A stretch of 64,000 nucleotides of DNA from Desulfurococcales archaeon (GCA_027022365.1 JALVYU010000031.1:192001-256000), one strand, 5' to 3'. Shown: positions 20,137-28,821, counted from the stretch's first letter. Numbers and translations are program-made. The notes: generated from the sequence alone by a model not told the origin.

Positions 20137-21093
20137 TTGCGGGAATTACATCGTTTGACTAGATCTATTAGCGAATTGATCACAGCAAACGATCCGAGCC
20201 ATCGCGGGGTAATTTACCTTTTAGCCGAAGCCCTAAAGAGGAAAATAGAGGATCCACTCGGTAATGCTCTCGGATTGCTGGCGGATACTTCTTCATTAGT
20301 GATAGTAACAGGGTTTAATGTACCTCCGGATTATCGTCCTGAGACCGATGGGATAATAGGTGCGGCTGTGCTTGCAAGAGCATTTCTCGATATAGGTTCT
20401 AATGAGGTTGTGATAGTTCTTGATGATAAGGAACAGAGAATGATTATGGAACATCTTATAAAGATACTTTTGAATGTGAATGCCGTCTCGGAAAAAATAG
20501 TGTTCTTGACCCGTATTGATAACGAGTACTTATTCAGAGAGATTCTCGCCGAGGAGATCTCTTCTAGGGATATCGGGCTCGGAATATTCATCGAGAAACC
20601 ATCACCTAATAGGGAGGGAGTAATACATAATATGCGCGGCATTGACGTGACGCAACACCATCTAGACCCAAGAATATTGCTGTGTGTTTTCAAGGAAATG
20701 GGTGTCAAAACAATAGGTATAGGTGATGGCGGCAATGAAGTCGGGCTAGGAATAATAGAGGAAGATGTAAGGAAATACGTACCATATGGGAACATGTGTG
20801 CATGTCCATGTAGATCAGGTATAGCTTCATCGACCCTCACAGACACTGTGATAGTATCGACAGTCAGTAACTGGGGAGCATATGCGCTCGAAGCCCTGCT
20901 CCTAGCGATTAACGACAAGCCCGAATACATCCATAGCGGGAACGAAGAGAAAATGCTTATCGAGGAAAGCATACGAAAAGGCGCCATTGACGGAGTCCGT
21001 GGCAGAGGCTTCGTAGGCGTTGATGGAATACCGCCTAGTTTTCATGCAAATATAGTTGATACTATCAAGATGATCACTTTATCGCTTTTATAG
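20137..21093 (+). CDS. D-glutamate cyclase family protein (DUF4392/DGLUCY-like)
   Basis: IVTGF, PETDG..GA, IEKP, HNMRG, GIGDGGNEVGLG, VSNWGAY motifs. Confidence 0.85.
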   Translation: MRELHRLTRSISELITANDPSHRGVIYLLAEALKRKIEDPLGNALGLLADTSSLVIVTGFNVPPDYRPETDGIIGAAVLARAFLDIGSNEVVIVLDDKEQRMIMEHLIKILLNVNAVSEKIVFLTRIDNEYLFREILAEEISSRDIGLGIFIEKPSPNREGVIHNMRGIDVTQHHLDPRILLCVFKEMGVKTIGIGDGGNEVGLGIIEEDVRKYVPYGNMCACPCRSGIASSTLTDTVIVSTVSNWGAYALEALLLAINDKPEYIHSGNEEKMLIEESIRKGAIDGVRGRGFVGVDGIPPSFHANIVDTIKMITLSLL

Positions 21094-21186
21094 TTATCTT
21101 AACTGTTTTAAAGCTACTCGACAAGATAGTGATATATACAGTTGGGGATAATGCATGCAATAAACTGTTGAATAGCTAAGGCGATA

Positions 21187-21555
21187 ATGTTGGAAATACT
21201 AATCGACAAAAAAGCGATGAAATACATTAGGAAACTAGACGAGAACCTTAGAAAAGCGGTTGAATCACTGAATGATCCCAGCCTCGTCGATAAGTTTCTC
21301 AAGAAAGCAAGTAGAATCGTTGATAAAATACATAATGAATACTGTATAGACTCTGAGTGCGACAGCCTAGTACTCGTTATAGACAATATATACTATAATA
21401 TCCTCCAGATCTTGGATGAAGCAGTTAAAAACAATATCACTTCAGACAAAGCAATAGAGCTTGTCGAAAAATACTTGTCCAAGCTTGAAAGATTACTTCC
21501 CAAAGAACACATAGAAGAGGGATCACTTATAAGAAGGTTATTTGAACTATTCTAA
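21187..21555 (+). CDS. Hypothetical helical protein
   Basis: 122-aa ORF with charged, coding-like composition; no family recognised. Confidence 0.55.
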   Translation: MLEILIDKKAMKYIRKLDENLRKAVESLNDPSLVDKFLKKASRIVDKIHNEYCIDSECDSLVLVIDNIYYNILQILDEAVKNNITSDKAIELVEKYLSKLERLLPKEHIEEGSLIRRLFELF

Positions 21556-21966
21556 TGCTAGTGTTCCAGAGAAATAACCGTTCGTAATTCTATGGGTTAA
21601 TTTATTCGGTTCTTTCCTAATTATGATCAGTATTCCACCCAACTATCTCATGGCTGTATTGATCAAATTAAGTCTCTGGACAATACCGCTATAGTGATGT
21701 CTACGACTTCTTACTCCTCGTAGACACTCTCATTTTGAAGTCTGCTAACAAATTTATAGAATAAGTATTTGGGGACAGCATAGATTGTTGTACAAATGAT
21801 ATGACGGCGTGAGAGCTTATTACTAGCATTTTTCGCGGTATTTTCGCACCTTCTGTGTTTTATAGTCCATAATAATCATTGTTGTCATGAACGCACTTTA
21901 CCATGTAGAATTTGATTTAATATGTGTGTTTAATGATTACATAGTATTGGAGGAATGGTGTCCTCC

Positions 21967-23514
21967 ATGAAATATCTATTATCTGTCGACCAGGGCACGA
22001 CTGGTACTAGGGCCGCTATATATGATGAGAAAGGAGAAATTATTGCTTGGTCCTATGTTAAGCATCATCAAATACTGCCTAAGCCGGGATGGGTTGAACA
22101 CGATCCTCTCGAGATATGGCATAATACAGTTCAGGTAATGAGAGATGCTGTAAAGAGAGCAGGCATTAGTCCAAGAGAGATCGTTGGCATAGGTGTCACC
22201 AACCAGAGAGAAACAACGGTCGTATGGGAGAAAGATACGGGTAGACCAGTATACAATGCAATAGTCTGGCAAGACTCCAGAACTATTAATAGATGTGACA
22301 GCCTTAAATACGAGGGGATAGAAGACGAGATAATAAGGCCTCTCACGGGCCTCTACGCCCATACATATTTCTCGGCAACAAAGCTGGAATGGATACTCAA
22401 ACACACACGCGACGGTGTCGAGAGGGCCAAGAAAGGAGAACTATTGTTCGGAACCATAGATTCATGGCTTATATGGAACATGACCAGAGGCTCGGAAAAC
22501 ATAACTCCAGAACGTGGAGGTGCACACGTTACAGACCCAAGCAATGCCTCTAGGACAATGCTTATGGATATAGAGAAGCTAAGGTGGAGTCCAGAGCTAC
22601 TTGAGGTATTCGGTATACCCGAGAACATGCTCCCCGTAATAAAGCCTAGTAGCTACCCTGAATCCTACGGTCTACTAAGGAAAGATATTCTAGGCGTGGA
22701 AATACCCGTCCTAGGAGATCTCGGCGACCAGCAAGCAGCGCTCGTCGGCCAAGCAGCTTTCGAGTCGGGAGAAGTCAAGTGTACCTATGGCACTGGTAGT
22801 TTCATCCTGATGAATATAGGTGGCACACCCAAACTAAGTAGCCAGGGCCTACTAACTACTGTTGCCTACCAGTTCTCGGGCCATCCACCTCGTTACGCGT
22901 TAGAGGGGAGTATAGCCTATTCTGGCGCAGCCATCGAGTGGCTGAGAGAAGGCTTGGGCTTGATAAAAGATCCCGGGGAAACCGAGGAAATATGCATGAA
23001 GACATACGAGGAAGGCTCTGCCGGAGTATACTTTGTTCCAGCCTTTAGTGGTTTGTTCGCGCCCTACTGGGACACTAAGGCGAGAGGACTGATAATAGGT
23101 ATTACGAGATACACTAAGAAACACCACATAGTTTTCGCGGTTCTAGAATCCATAGCTTTTAGAGTTAGGGACGTCGTAGATGCTATGGCGATTGACTCCG
23201 GTATAGAGCCTCTGGTCATAAAAGCGGATGGTGGAGTATCGAGGAACGACTGCCTGTTACAGCTTCAAGCCGATATATTGGGCAAACGCGTTGTTAGACC
23301 AGTAAACATAGAAACCACAAGCCTAGGAGCAGCATTCGCAGCGGGTCTTGCCTCGAGGGTTTGGAAGAGCATCGACGAACTCAAAAAGATATGGAGACCC
23401 GACAAGATATTCGAGCCTAAGATGACGCGGGAGAAAAGGGAAGAAAAGTACAAATGGTGGTTGAGAGCGGTTGAGAGAGCACTAAAATGGCTAAATACAG
23501 AGGAAGAAGTCTAG
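21967..23514 (+). CDS. glpK: Glycerol kinase
   Basis: SVDQGTTGTRA, GWVEHDP, TNQRETT, AIVWQD, YFSATK, DPSNASRT, GDQQAAL, TYGTGSF, PAFSGLFAPYW. Confidence 0.97.
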   Translation: MKYLLSVDQGTTGTRAAIYDEKGEIIAWSYVKHHQILPKPGWVEHDPLEIWHNTVQVMRDAVKRAGISPREIVGIGVTNQRETTVVWEKDTGRPVYNAIVWQDSRTINRCDSLKYEGIEDEIIRPLTGLYAHTYFSATKLEWILKHTRDGVERAKKGELLFGTIDSWLIWNMTRGSENITPERGGAHVTDPSNASRTMLMDIEKLRWSPELLEVFGIPENMLPVIKPSSYPESYGLLRKDILGVEIPVLGDLGDQQAALVGQAAFESGEVKCTYGTGSFILMNIGGTPKLSSQGLLTTVAYQFSGHPPRYALEGSIAYSGAAIEWLREGLGLIKDPGETEEICMKTYEEGSAGVYFVPAFSGLFAPYWDTKARGLIIGITRYTKKHHIVFAVLESIAFRVRDVVDAMAIDSGIEPLVIKADGGVSRNDCLLQLQADILGKRVVRPVNIETTSLGAAFAAGLASRVWKSIDELKKIWRPDKIFEPKMTREKREEKYKWWLRAVERALKWLNTEEEV

Positions 23515-23520
23515 GCTTGC

Positions 23521-23572
23521 GGTCAAAACTCCCTGTTCATCATCTTTTCAGCCGCGTCATCATCTATCATCC
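23521..23572 (-). ncRNA. Candidate box C/D guide sRNA
   Basis: Minus strand reads gg-ATGATAG(C-like)-atgatgacgcgg-CTGA(D')-aaag-ATGATGA(C')-acagggagtt-TTGA(D-like)-cc. Intergenic, with the typical ~50-nt archaeal layout. Confidence 0.55.
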
Positions 23573-23679
23573 CTTATCAGAAATATATTATATGGTACAT
23601 GGTTTTTTAGAAAACGATTTGCTAGCCATCAACATAACTAGGAAAAAGTAAGGAAAAACGTTCTATCCTTAGTTTATGC

Positions 23680-24972
23680 TTATCCGCTCGTCCTCAGCCT
23701 CTTGTAGTCTGTCGGATAATATTTTGCTAGCAGTATCCATGCAACAATACATAGTAGCCAGAGGCTCACAAGGCTTACTGCCGCATAGAGTAGTGACAAT
23801 GATTTCGTGAGGCCGCTCGAGAGGAAGAAGTACACTAGTGCTCCATATATTGTCGGCCCTATAGCCCATCCCGCGCTGTTCAGTATATTGTATATCGAGA
23901 ATATAGTGCCCCTATACTCTGGCTTTACGCAATCACTTATAACTGTGCTTATATTGGGATATGCGAATGTCGTGAACATCATGCCGGCCACCGCCAATAA
24001 GGCTGGTGGTAGGAGAGCAGTGAACGATACTTCTCCGTAAGGATACGGGTAGGCGAGCATGGCGATCATTGCCAGGTAGCCTATTATGATACCTGCAATG
24101 CTTACCTGCACTCTCCCTATGGGCCCCTTCTTTTTCGCGAGCCTATCACTGAGGGTTCCGCCGATGATGTGCCCGAAAGCTATGCTTATCGTCGCAACTA
24201 TCAGTACTAGGCTTGCATATGTTTTCGGTATTCCCCATCTCGTCATGATGTAATCCACCGAGAAATAAGCCAACATACCCCACGGAATAGTCCATGCAAT
24301 GATCTGCACCATGACTATCAGGACGCTCCTGGTGAGAGCGCCTCTCACGGCTTCACGTAAACTATACTTCTTGGTGGTCTCCGGCGAATCACTATAGCCT
24401 ACGGTGACACCTTTACTGGACAAGTATAGACCGACGACGAATACAAGCACGAACACGCCGGCGATAAGGTATGCTGTCCTCCAGTTCAGCAGTATACCAG
24501 CCATGAGCAGGCCGAGCACCATGCCGAACACGCTGGAAGCGTAGTATGTAGCGTATCCCTTACCCCTCTTCTCGCTCGGCACGACATCAGCGATGAACGC
24601 ATATATGACAGGGCTTATACCGAGGAGGGCGACACCGAATATTATGAGATAAGCCATTATCTCGAAATAGCTCGTCACGCTCGATACGAGTATTAACGAT
24701 ATACCCATGGCGAGGCCGAGGGCGAGCAATAGCCTTCTGCGCCCAAGCTTATCTCCTAGAACGCCCCACAGGAACGTCAGTGCTAATCCAATAAATCCCG
24801 GCACGGTTTTCAAGAAGCCGGCGTAGAGCCTCCACGTCTCCTCGTTACCGGGTATGATTCCTTCTTTGTGGAGAGTGTCCAGTATTGGGGCCAGCATGTA
24901 GTTGCCGGAGAAGTAGAAGAGTACCATGAGGGCGAGGAACAGGAGTATAAGGTTAGTTTTGACTTCAGCCAT
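23680..24972 (-). CDS. MFS transporter
   Basis: About 12 TM; GVLGDKLGRR and GTLSDRL motif A; RGKG and YRGT motifs. Confidence 0.9.
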   Translation of the reverse strand: MAEVKTNLILLFLALMVLFYFSGNYMLAPILDTLHKEGIIPGNEETWRLYAGFLKTVPGFIGLALTFLWGVLGDKLGRRRLLLALGLAMGISLILVSSVTSYFEIMAYLIIFGVALLGISPVIYAFIADVVPSEKRGKGYATYYASSVFGMVLGLLMAGILLNWRTAYLIAGVFVLVFVVGLYLSSKGVTVGYSDSPETTKKYSLREAVRGALTRSVLIVMVQIIAWTIPWGMLAYFSVDYIMTRWGIPKTYASLVLIVATISIAFGHIIGGTLSDRLAKKKGPIGRVQVSIAGIIIGYLAMIAMLAYPYPYGEVSFTALLPPALLAVAGMMFTTFAYPNISTVISDCVKPEYRGTIFSIYNILNSAGWAIGPTIYGALVYFFLSSGLTKSLSLLYAAVSLVSLWLLCIVAWILLAKYYPTDYKRLRTSG

Positions 24973-24976
24973 TCTG

Positions 24977-25888
24977 TCACCCCAGGTATTCTTTGAAGAA
25001 ACCGATTACCTTTTCTTCGTACTCACGAGGATGATCCTTTATGGTGTGGACATGGCCACTGTCGGTTACCCAAAGAATAGCTTTCGGGTTATTTCTTCTC
25101 AGCTTATCGTAGAATTTCTTGATCTCGCTTAGTGCGACTAGGTCATCATTCCTTCCGGCTATTATCATGAAGGGGATCTTTATGTTATCAGCGTATTTGT
25201 ACATGATTAGATCATCTATATTGATACCTGCTCTGGAAGCTGTAAACCTTACTATTAACGGGTATACAAGGAGGAGCAATGACCTCATTATCCCCTTAAG
25301 CCTCATTATCCATCTCCGGCCCGACTCCCTAATGTCTATATAGGGGCTGTCGGCTACTGCGGCGTTGATTCTCTTGTCTTTAGCCGACAACATGATCGTG
25401 ACTGCGCCGCCCATAGAGTAACCTATAACCCCGATCTTCCCGGCCCTATCGGGCTTCTCGGATTTAAGCCAATCAATAATCCTCATATAGTCTTCAACTT
25501 CCTTCAAACCAAGCGTTGTTATCTCGCCGTCGCTGTCTCCATGCGCTCTGAAATCGAAGGCTACAACATTATAGCCGTTCCTGGCTAGCATGTCTATAAC
25601 AGGCTTCATATAGTCCTCTTCATACTTTGAAGCCGTATATCCATGTATCGCTACTATCGTGGTATCTGATCCTTTATCGATAAACCATCCTCTAAGCCTA
25701 TAACCGTCGCTCGTCGTAACCTCTACATTCTCATAATCGTGGCCGAGATCCTTTGGTGTCCAGTTCTTCTTTAGACGTGGCGGGCTCAGCATCTTATATG
25801 AAGCTAGCCTAGCTAGTCCCACTAGGAAAAGTATAATAGCGATAATAATACTGGCAACTACACCGACAACGATGAAGAGGCTCTGCAA
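24977..25888 (-). CDS. Membrane-anchored alpha/beta hydrolase (esterase/lysophospholipase-like)
   Basis: N-terminal TM, IHGY, DFRAHGDS, GYSMGG nucleophile, GRNDDLV, SGH triad. TTG 25888 chosen to avoid overlap with the divergent gene. Confidence 0.88.
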   Translation of the reverse strand: MQSLFIVVGVVASIIIAIILFLVGLARLASYKMLSPPRLKKNWTPKDLGHDYENVEVTTSDGYRLRGWFIDKGSDTTIVAIHGYTASKYEEDYMKPVIDMLARNGYNVVAFDFRAHGDSDGEITTLGLKEVEDYMRIIDWLKSEKPDRAGKIGVIGYSMGGAVTIMLSAKDKRINAAVADSPYIDIRESGRRWIMRLKGIMRSLLLLVYPLIVRFTASRAGINIDDLIMYKYADNIKIPFMIIAGRNDDLVALSEIKKFYDKLRRNNPKAILWVTDSGHVHTIKDHPREYEEKVIGFFKEYLG

Positions 25889-25967
25889 GGATATTGCACC
25901 GTTATTAAAATCTACCACCAAGAAATAAATTCTCTTTGTATAACCATATCCAGTATAGGTGCGAGAC

Positions 25968-26675
25968 ATGAAGCCTATTCTGATCGGACATAGGGGTTTT
26001 CCCGCGAAATACCCTGAAAATACTATTGCTTCATTCCTTGCAGCCCTCTACTATGGCGCTGATGGGATAGAGCTCGATGTATGGCTCGACCGAGACAGGG
26101 ACTTAGTCGTAATACATGATCCAGACACACAGCGGGTAGCCGGAGAAAAGCTTTACGTCAAAGAAACAAGCACATCAGAACTTAGAAGCCTAGACCTCGG
26201 ACTCGCTCAGAGAATACCTTTACTCGAAGAGGTACTGGAAGCGATACCTAGTACCGTCCCCTTATTTGTAGAGATAAAAGATGTCGAAGCAGCAGTCCCA
26301 GCTTACGAACTCGTAAAGAAGTACGATAGACTCGACAAAACAATGTTCATAAGCTTCCATCCAGAAGCCCTCGAAAAAATAAGGAAAGCTAGCGAAGATG
26401 CTAGATTAGGCTTTATAATAGGAAGCATTGAGGCCGCAGAGAAAGCGCCCAGGCTTGCCGAGAGGCTTCGCTTACAAGCCATCGCGCCTCCAGTTCTCGG
26501 AGCAAAATACCTCGGTAAAGAGAAGTTCATCGAATACCTTAAAACGATCAAGAGCCTGGGTCTGTATACGGCTGTATGGGTCATTAATACGGAGGAAGAA
26601 TATAGGCTCGTTAAAGACTATGTAGACGCAATAATCACTGATAACATAGAGTACATAAGAACTCTTCAACACTAA
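25968..26675 (+). CDS. Glycerophosphodiester phosphodiesterase (GDPD/UgpQ family)
   Basis: IGHRG, PENT, IELDV, VIHD, VEIK, ISF, AIITD motifs. Confidence 0.93.
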   Translation: MKPILIGHRGFPAKYPENTIASFLAALYYGADGIELDVWLDRDRDLVVIHDPDTQRVAGEKLYVKETSTSELRSLDLGLAQRIPLLEEVLEAIPSTVPLFVEIKDVEAAVPAYELVKKYDRLDKTMFISFHPEALEKIRKASEDARLGFIIGSIEAAEKAPRLAERLRLQAIAPPVLGAKYLGKEKFIEYLKTIKSLGLYTAVWVINTEEEYRLVKDYVDAIITDNIEYIRTLQH

Positions 26676-26723
26676 TTTTTCCCTAAGATGAGTTTGCGCG
26701 TCGATCCATGGGATATCTTATGG

Positions 26724-26787
26724 TCGTGATGAAAGTACCCTCGAATGACCGGCGAGTCCGGGATGAAGAACCGGAATTATGCTGAAA
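26724..26787 (+). ncRNA. Box C/D guide sRNA
   Basis: GTGATGA (C, 26726-32), 12-nt guide aagtaccctcga, ATGA (D'), ccgg-cgagt-ccgg hairpin, ATGAAGA (C', 26763-69), 12-nt guide accggaattatg, CTGA (D, 26782-85). Intergenic. Confidence 0.78.
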
Positions 26788-26997
26788 TTATGCTTGATTC
26801 TTTTCTTTTATCCTACTATATGGGTCCTCGAGGAAGAATCCTTTCCTACACCTGGGACATATAACGAGGATAGGTCTCTCACGTTCCTCGTGGAAAACCT
26901 CGTGGTCGGCCATGTATAGTACGGATTCATACATGTAGTCGAAATCTTTCGGATCACCCTCGTATCCGCAGAATGGACACCTTATTCTACTAACCAT
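26788..26997 (-). CDS. Small zinc-ribbon protein
   Basis: CPFCG...CPRC; GAGGTG RBS before ATG 26997. Confidence 0.8.
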   Translation of the reverse strand: MVSRIRCPFCGYEGDPKDFDYMYESVLYMADHEVFHEERERPILVICPRCRKGFFLEDPYSRIKEKNQA

Positions 26998-27080
26998 AGC
27001 CAACACCTCTTAAGACCAACCCATGTATAGTTCTATATAAAACCAGGTTATTACGTGAATGGTTGCGTGAAGACTTGTAC

Positions 27081-27452
27081 TTACTGCTCGTAAAGCTCTA
27101 CTTCAACGAATGGCTTAACCCTGGACTTGATCAAATGTCCAGCGTATACTTTGTAACCCTTCTCGGTATATGTTGCGAGGACGACGTGTAGGTGTATGCG
27201 GAGTCCTTCGTCATTATTCCTGTAATTCCCCAGTAGCGATCCGATCTCTATGATGAAAGGCTCACGAGGCCTGATCTGGATCTCATGGTATTTCTCGCCG
27301 TCATAAACGCCTATAATAGCTTCACTGAGGCCACCTATGCCTGCTATTGCTCCATTTCTCAAGCCTAGCCTCTTAATCTCTTCTACAAGGAATTGGTGGA
27401 TGTCTCTGCCTTCCGGAATTCTGGTCTTGACGAGCTTCATCCTCTCGCCCAA
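27081..27452 (-). CDS. PPC/DUF296 domain protein
   Basis: GIGGL, EIGSLLGN, HLHVVL, AGHL. Confidence 0.88.
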   Translation of the reverse strand: MGERMKLVKTRIPEGRDIHQFLVEEIKRLGLRNGAIAGIGGLSEAIIGVYDGEKYHEIQIRPREPFIIEIGSLLGNYRNNDEGLRIHLHVVLATYTEKGYKVYAGHLIKSRVKPFVEVELYEQ

Positions 27453-27457
27453 CTTAT

Positions 27458-27880
27458 CTAGTTGTTTTCGTCGGTTAATGACTCCTTTCCACGCACGAGG
27501 AAGATGATCTTTCTCCTATGATTATGCACAGGCCTTGTCTCAAGGAAATACAGTCTGTTTCCCCCTAGGAGAGGCTCGCCATTAATTATCGGTATTCTTT
27601 TATGTGTGCCTAGGAGGGCTGATCTTAGGTGAGCATACGCGTTACCATGCTTCCATCCCGTAACGGGTATGTATTCTTTAACGAATCTATCAAGATGATC
27701 GAGTACTTCGCTCTCAATGAGTACTAGTGCCGGGGTAGCGCCTACCGCATGTATGTCCACAATTCCCTGCTTAACACCGGATTCTGATACTATGTCGTGT
27801 AGAACGCTGGTTAGATCAAAGTATTTCATAGGCCCTCTAGTTATGATCTCAATCTCTATTGAAAACACCCTCAAGAACAA
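27458..27880 (-). CDS. YjbQ/UPF0047 family protein
   Basis: DLT, SGVKQG, H.GNAYAHLRSALLG, YFLE. Confidence 0.8.
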   Translation of the reverse strand: MFLRVFSIEIEIITRGPMKYFDLTSVLHDIVSESGVKQGIVDIHAVGATPALVLIESEVLDHLDRFVKEYIPVTGWKHGNAYAHLRSALLGTHKRIPIINGEPLLGGNRLYFLETRPVHNHRRKIIFLVRGKESLTDENN

Positions 27881-28247
27881 CTACCACCTTCTTCTCTCCC
27901 TCAATACCGCTAACGTCTATAAGGACAGGGTGCTTGAATATGCCCTGACACGTCTCGCCATTATCTACGGGTAGTGAAGCGTCTTTACCGTATAGTGCTT
28001 CAGCAACACAACATCTTACCTCGGCCTCTATTCTGTCTAAGAGCTGTTCAAGGTCATGCATGAGACCCGGCTCGTATTCTGTCAGGACTACAAAGCAACA
28101 CTGATCATTAGGATAGAGGGTTATGATGCCCTTGAGGAGTCCGTGTCTCCTGATGATCTCATCTACTTGTTCTTGTAGATTCACAGCTGTATAGCCGCTG
28201 GTTGGGACGACGATATGGTCTATACGTATGTCTAGGGATTCGCTCAT
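27849..28247 (-). CDS. Divergent YjbQ-like paralog
   Basis: EYEPGLMHDL, LPVDNG, C-terminal RxVxV-like strand; lacks the NAxAH histidine motif. Confidence 0.65.
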   Translation of the reverse strand: MSESLDIRIDHIVVPTSGYTAVNLQEQVDEIIRRHGLLKGIITLYPNDQCCFVVLTEYEPGLMHDLEQLLDRIEAEVRCCVAEALYGKDASLPVDNGETCQGIFKHPVLIDVSGIEGEKKVVVVLEGVFNRD

Positions 28248-28792
28248 TTCTTTTCCTCTAGCTCTTTAACCTTCTCTAGGAACTCGTCTATTTTCTTTGT
28301 CAGTACATCGAGGGACTTGCTCCCCTCAAGCTTATCTTTCAGCACTACTTCACCGTTTTTGACGTATAATAGATACGTTGTCGGCGATGCGTGTACATCA
28401 TATTCTTTGAAGCTGTTCTTCGCGGCCTCAGATTCACAGTTTCTTGCGAACCAACTGCACAGTATTATTACGAACTTCACGTTCTCGAGATTTCTTCCCA
28501 CTAGCTTGATGTAGGGATACCAGGAAAGATCATATATTCTGCATGCTGGGCACCTAGTGTTATCGAAATAGATAACGTAGACGCCGTCTTCTTCGGGCTT
28601 GAACGCCTCTCCCTCTGTTCTCACTAGCACCCACTTGTCCTTTTCCTTATCGTAGATGTAGATGCCGTGGGGGGAGTTCACGTCTACTATATCGAGCTCG
28701 ACCCTCTCCTGCTTCATGGATTTCTCATCCCCTTTACCTACTAGTTTTTTGGCGAGCTCCTCAAGTATTCTGTCCAGATCATTTTCAACCAT
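28244..28792 (-). CDS. Thioredoxin-fold protein (CPAC)
   Basis: YFDNTRCPACR, ASPT cis-Pro motif; GAGGTGA RBS before ATG 28792. Confidence 0.82.
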   Translation of the reverse strand: MVENDLDRILEELAKKLVGKGDEKSMKQERVELDIVDVNSPHGIYIYDKEKDKWVLVRTEGEAFKPEEDGVYVIYFDNTRCPACRIYDLSWYPYIKLVGRNLENVKFVIILCSWFARNCESEAAKNSFKEYDVHASPTTYLLYVKNGEVVLKDKLEGSKSLDVLTKKIDEFLEKVKELEEKK

Positions 28793-28821
28793 ATGGGGTC
28801 TCACCTCTATAACTATATGGT

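Noticed and set aside
20331-20987. 218-aa antisense ORF, and the many other Ser/Ile/Pro-rich antisense ORFs in the track (e.g. 17211-17639, 30561-31028, 56503-57000)
   Set aside because: They are shadows of motif-bearing genes on the opposite strand and have no recognisable motifs.
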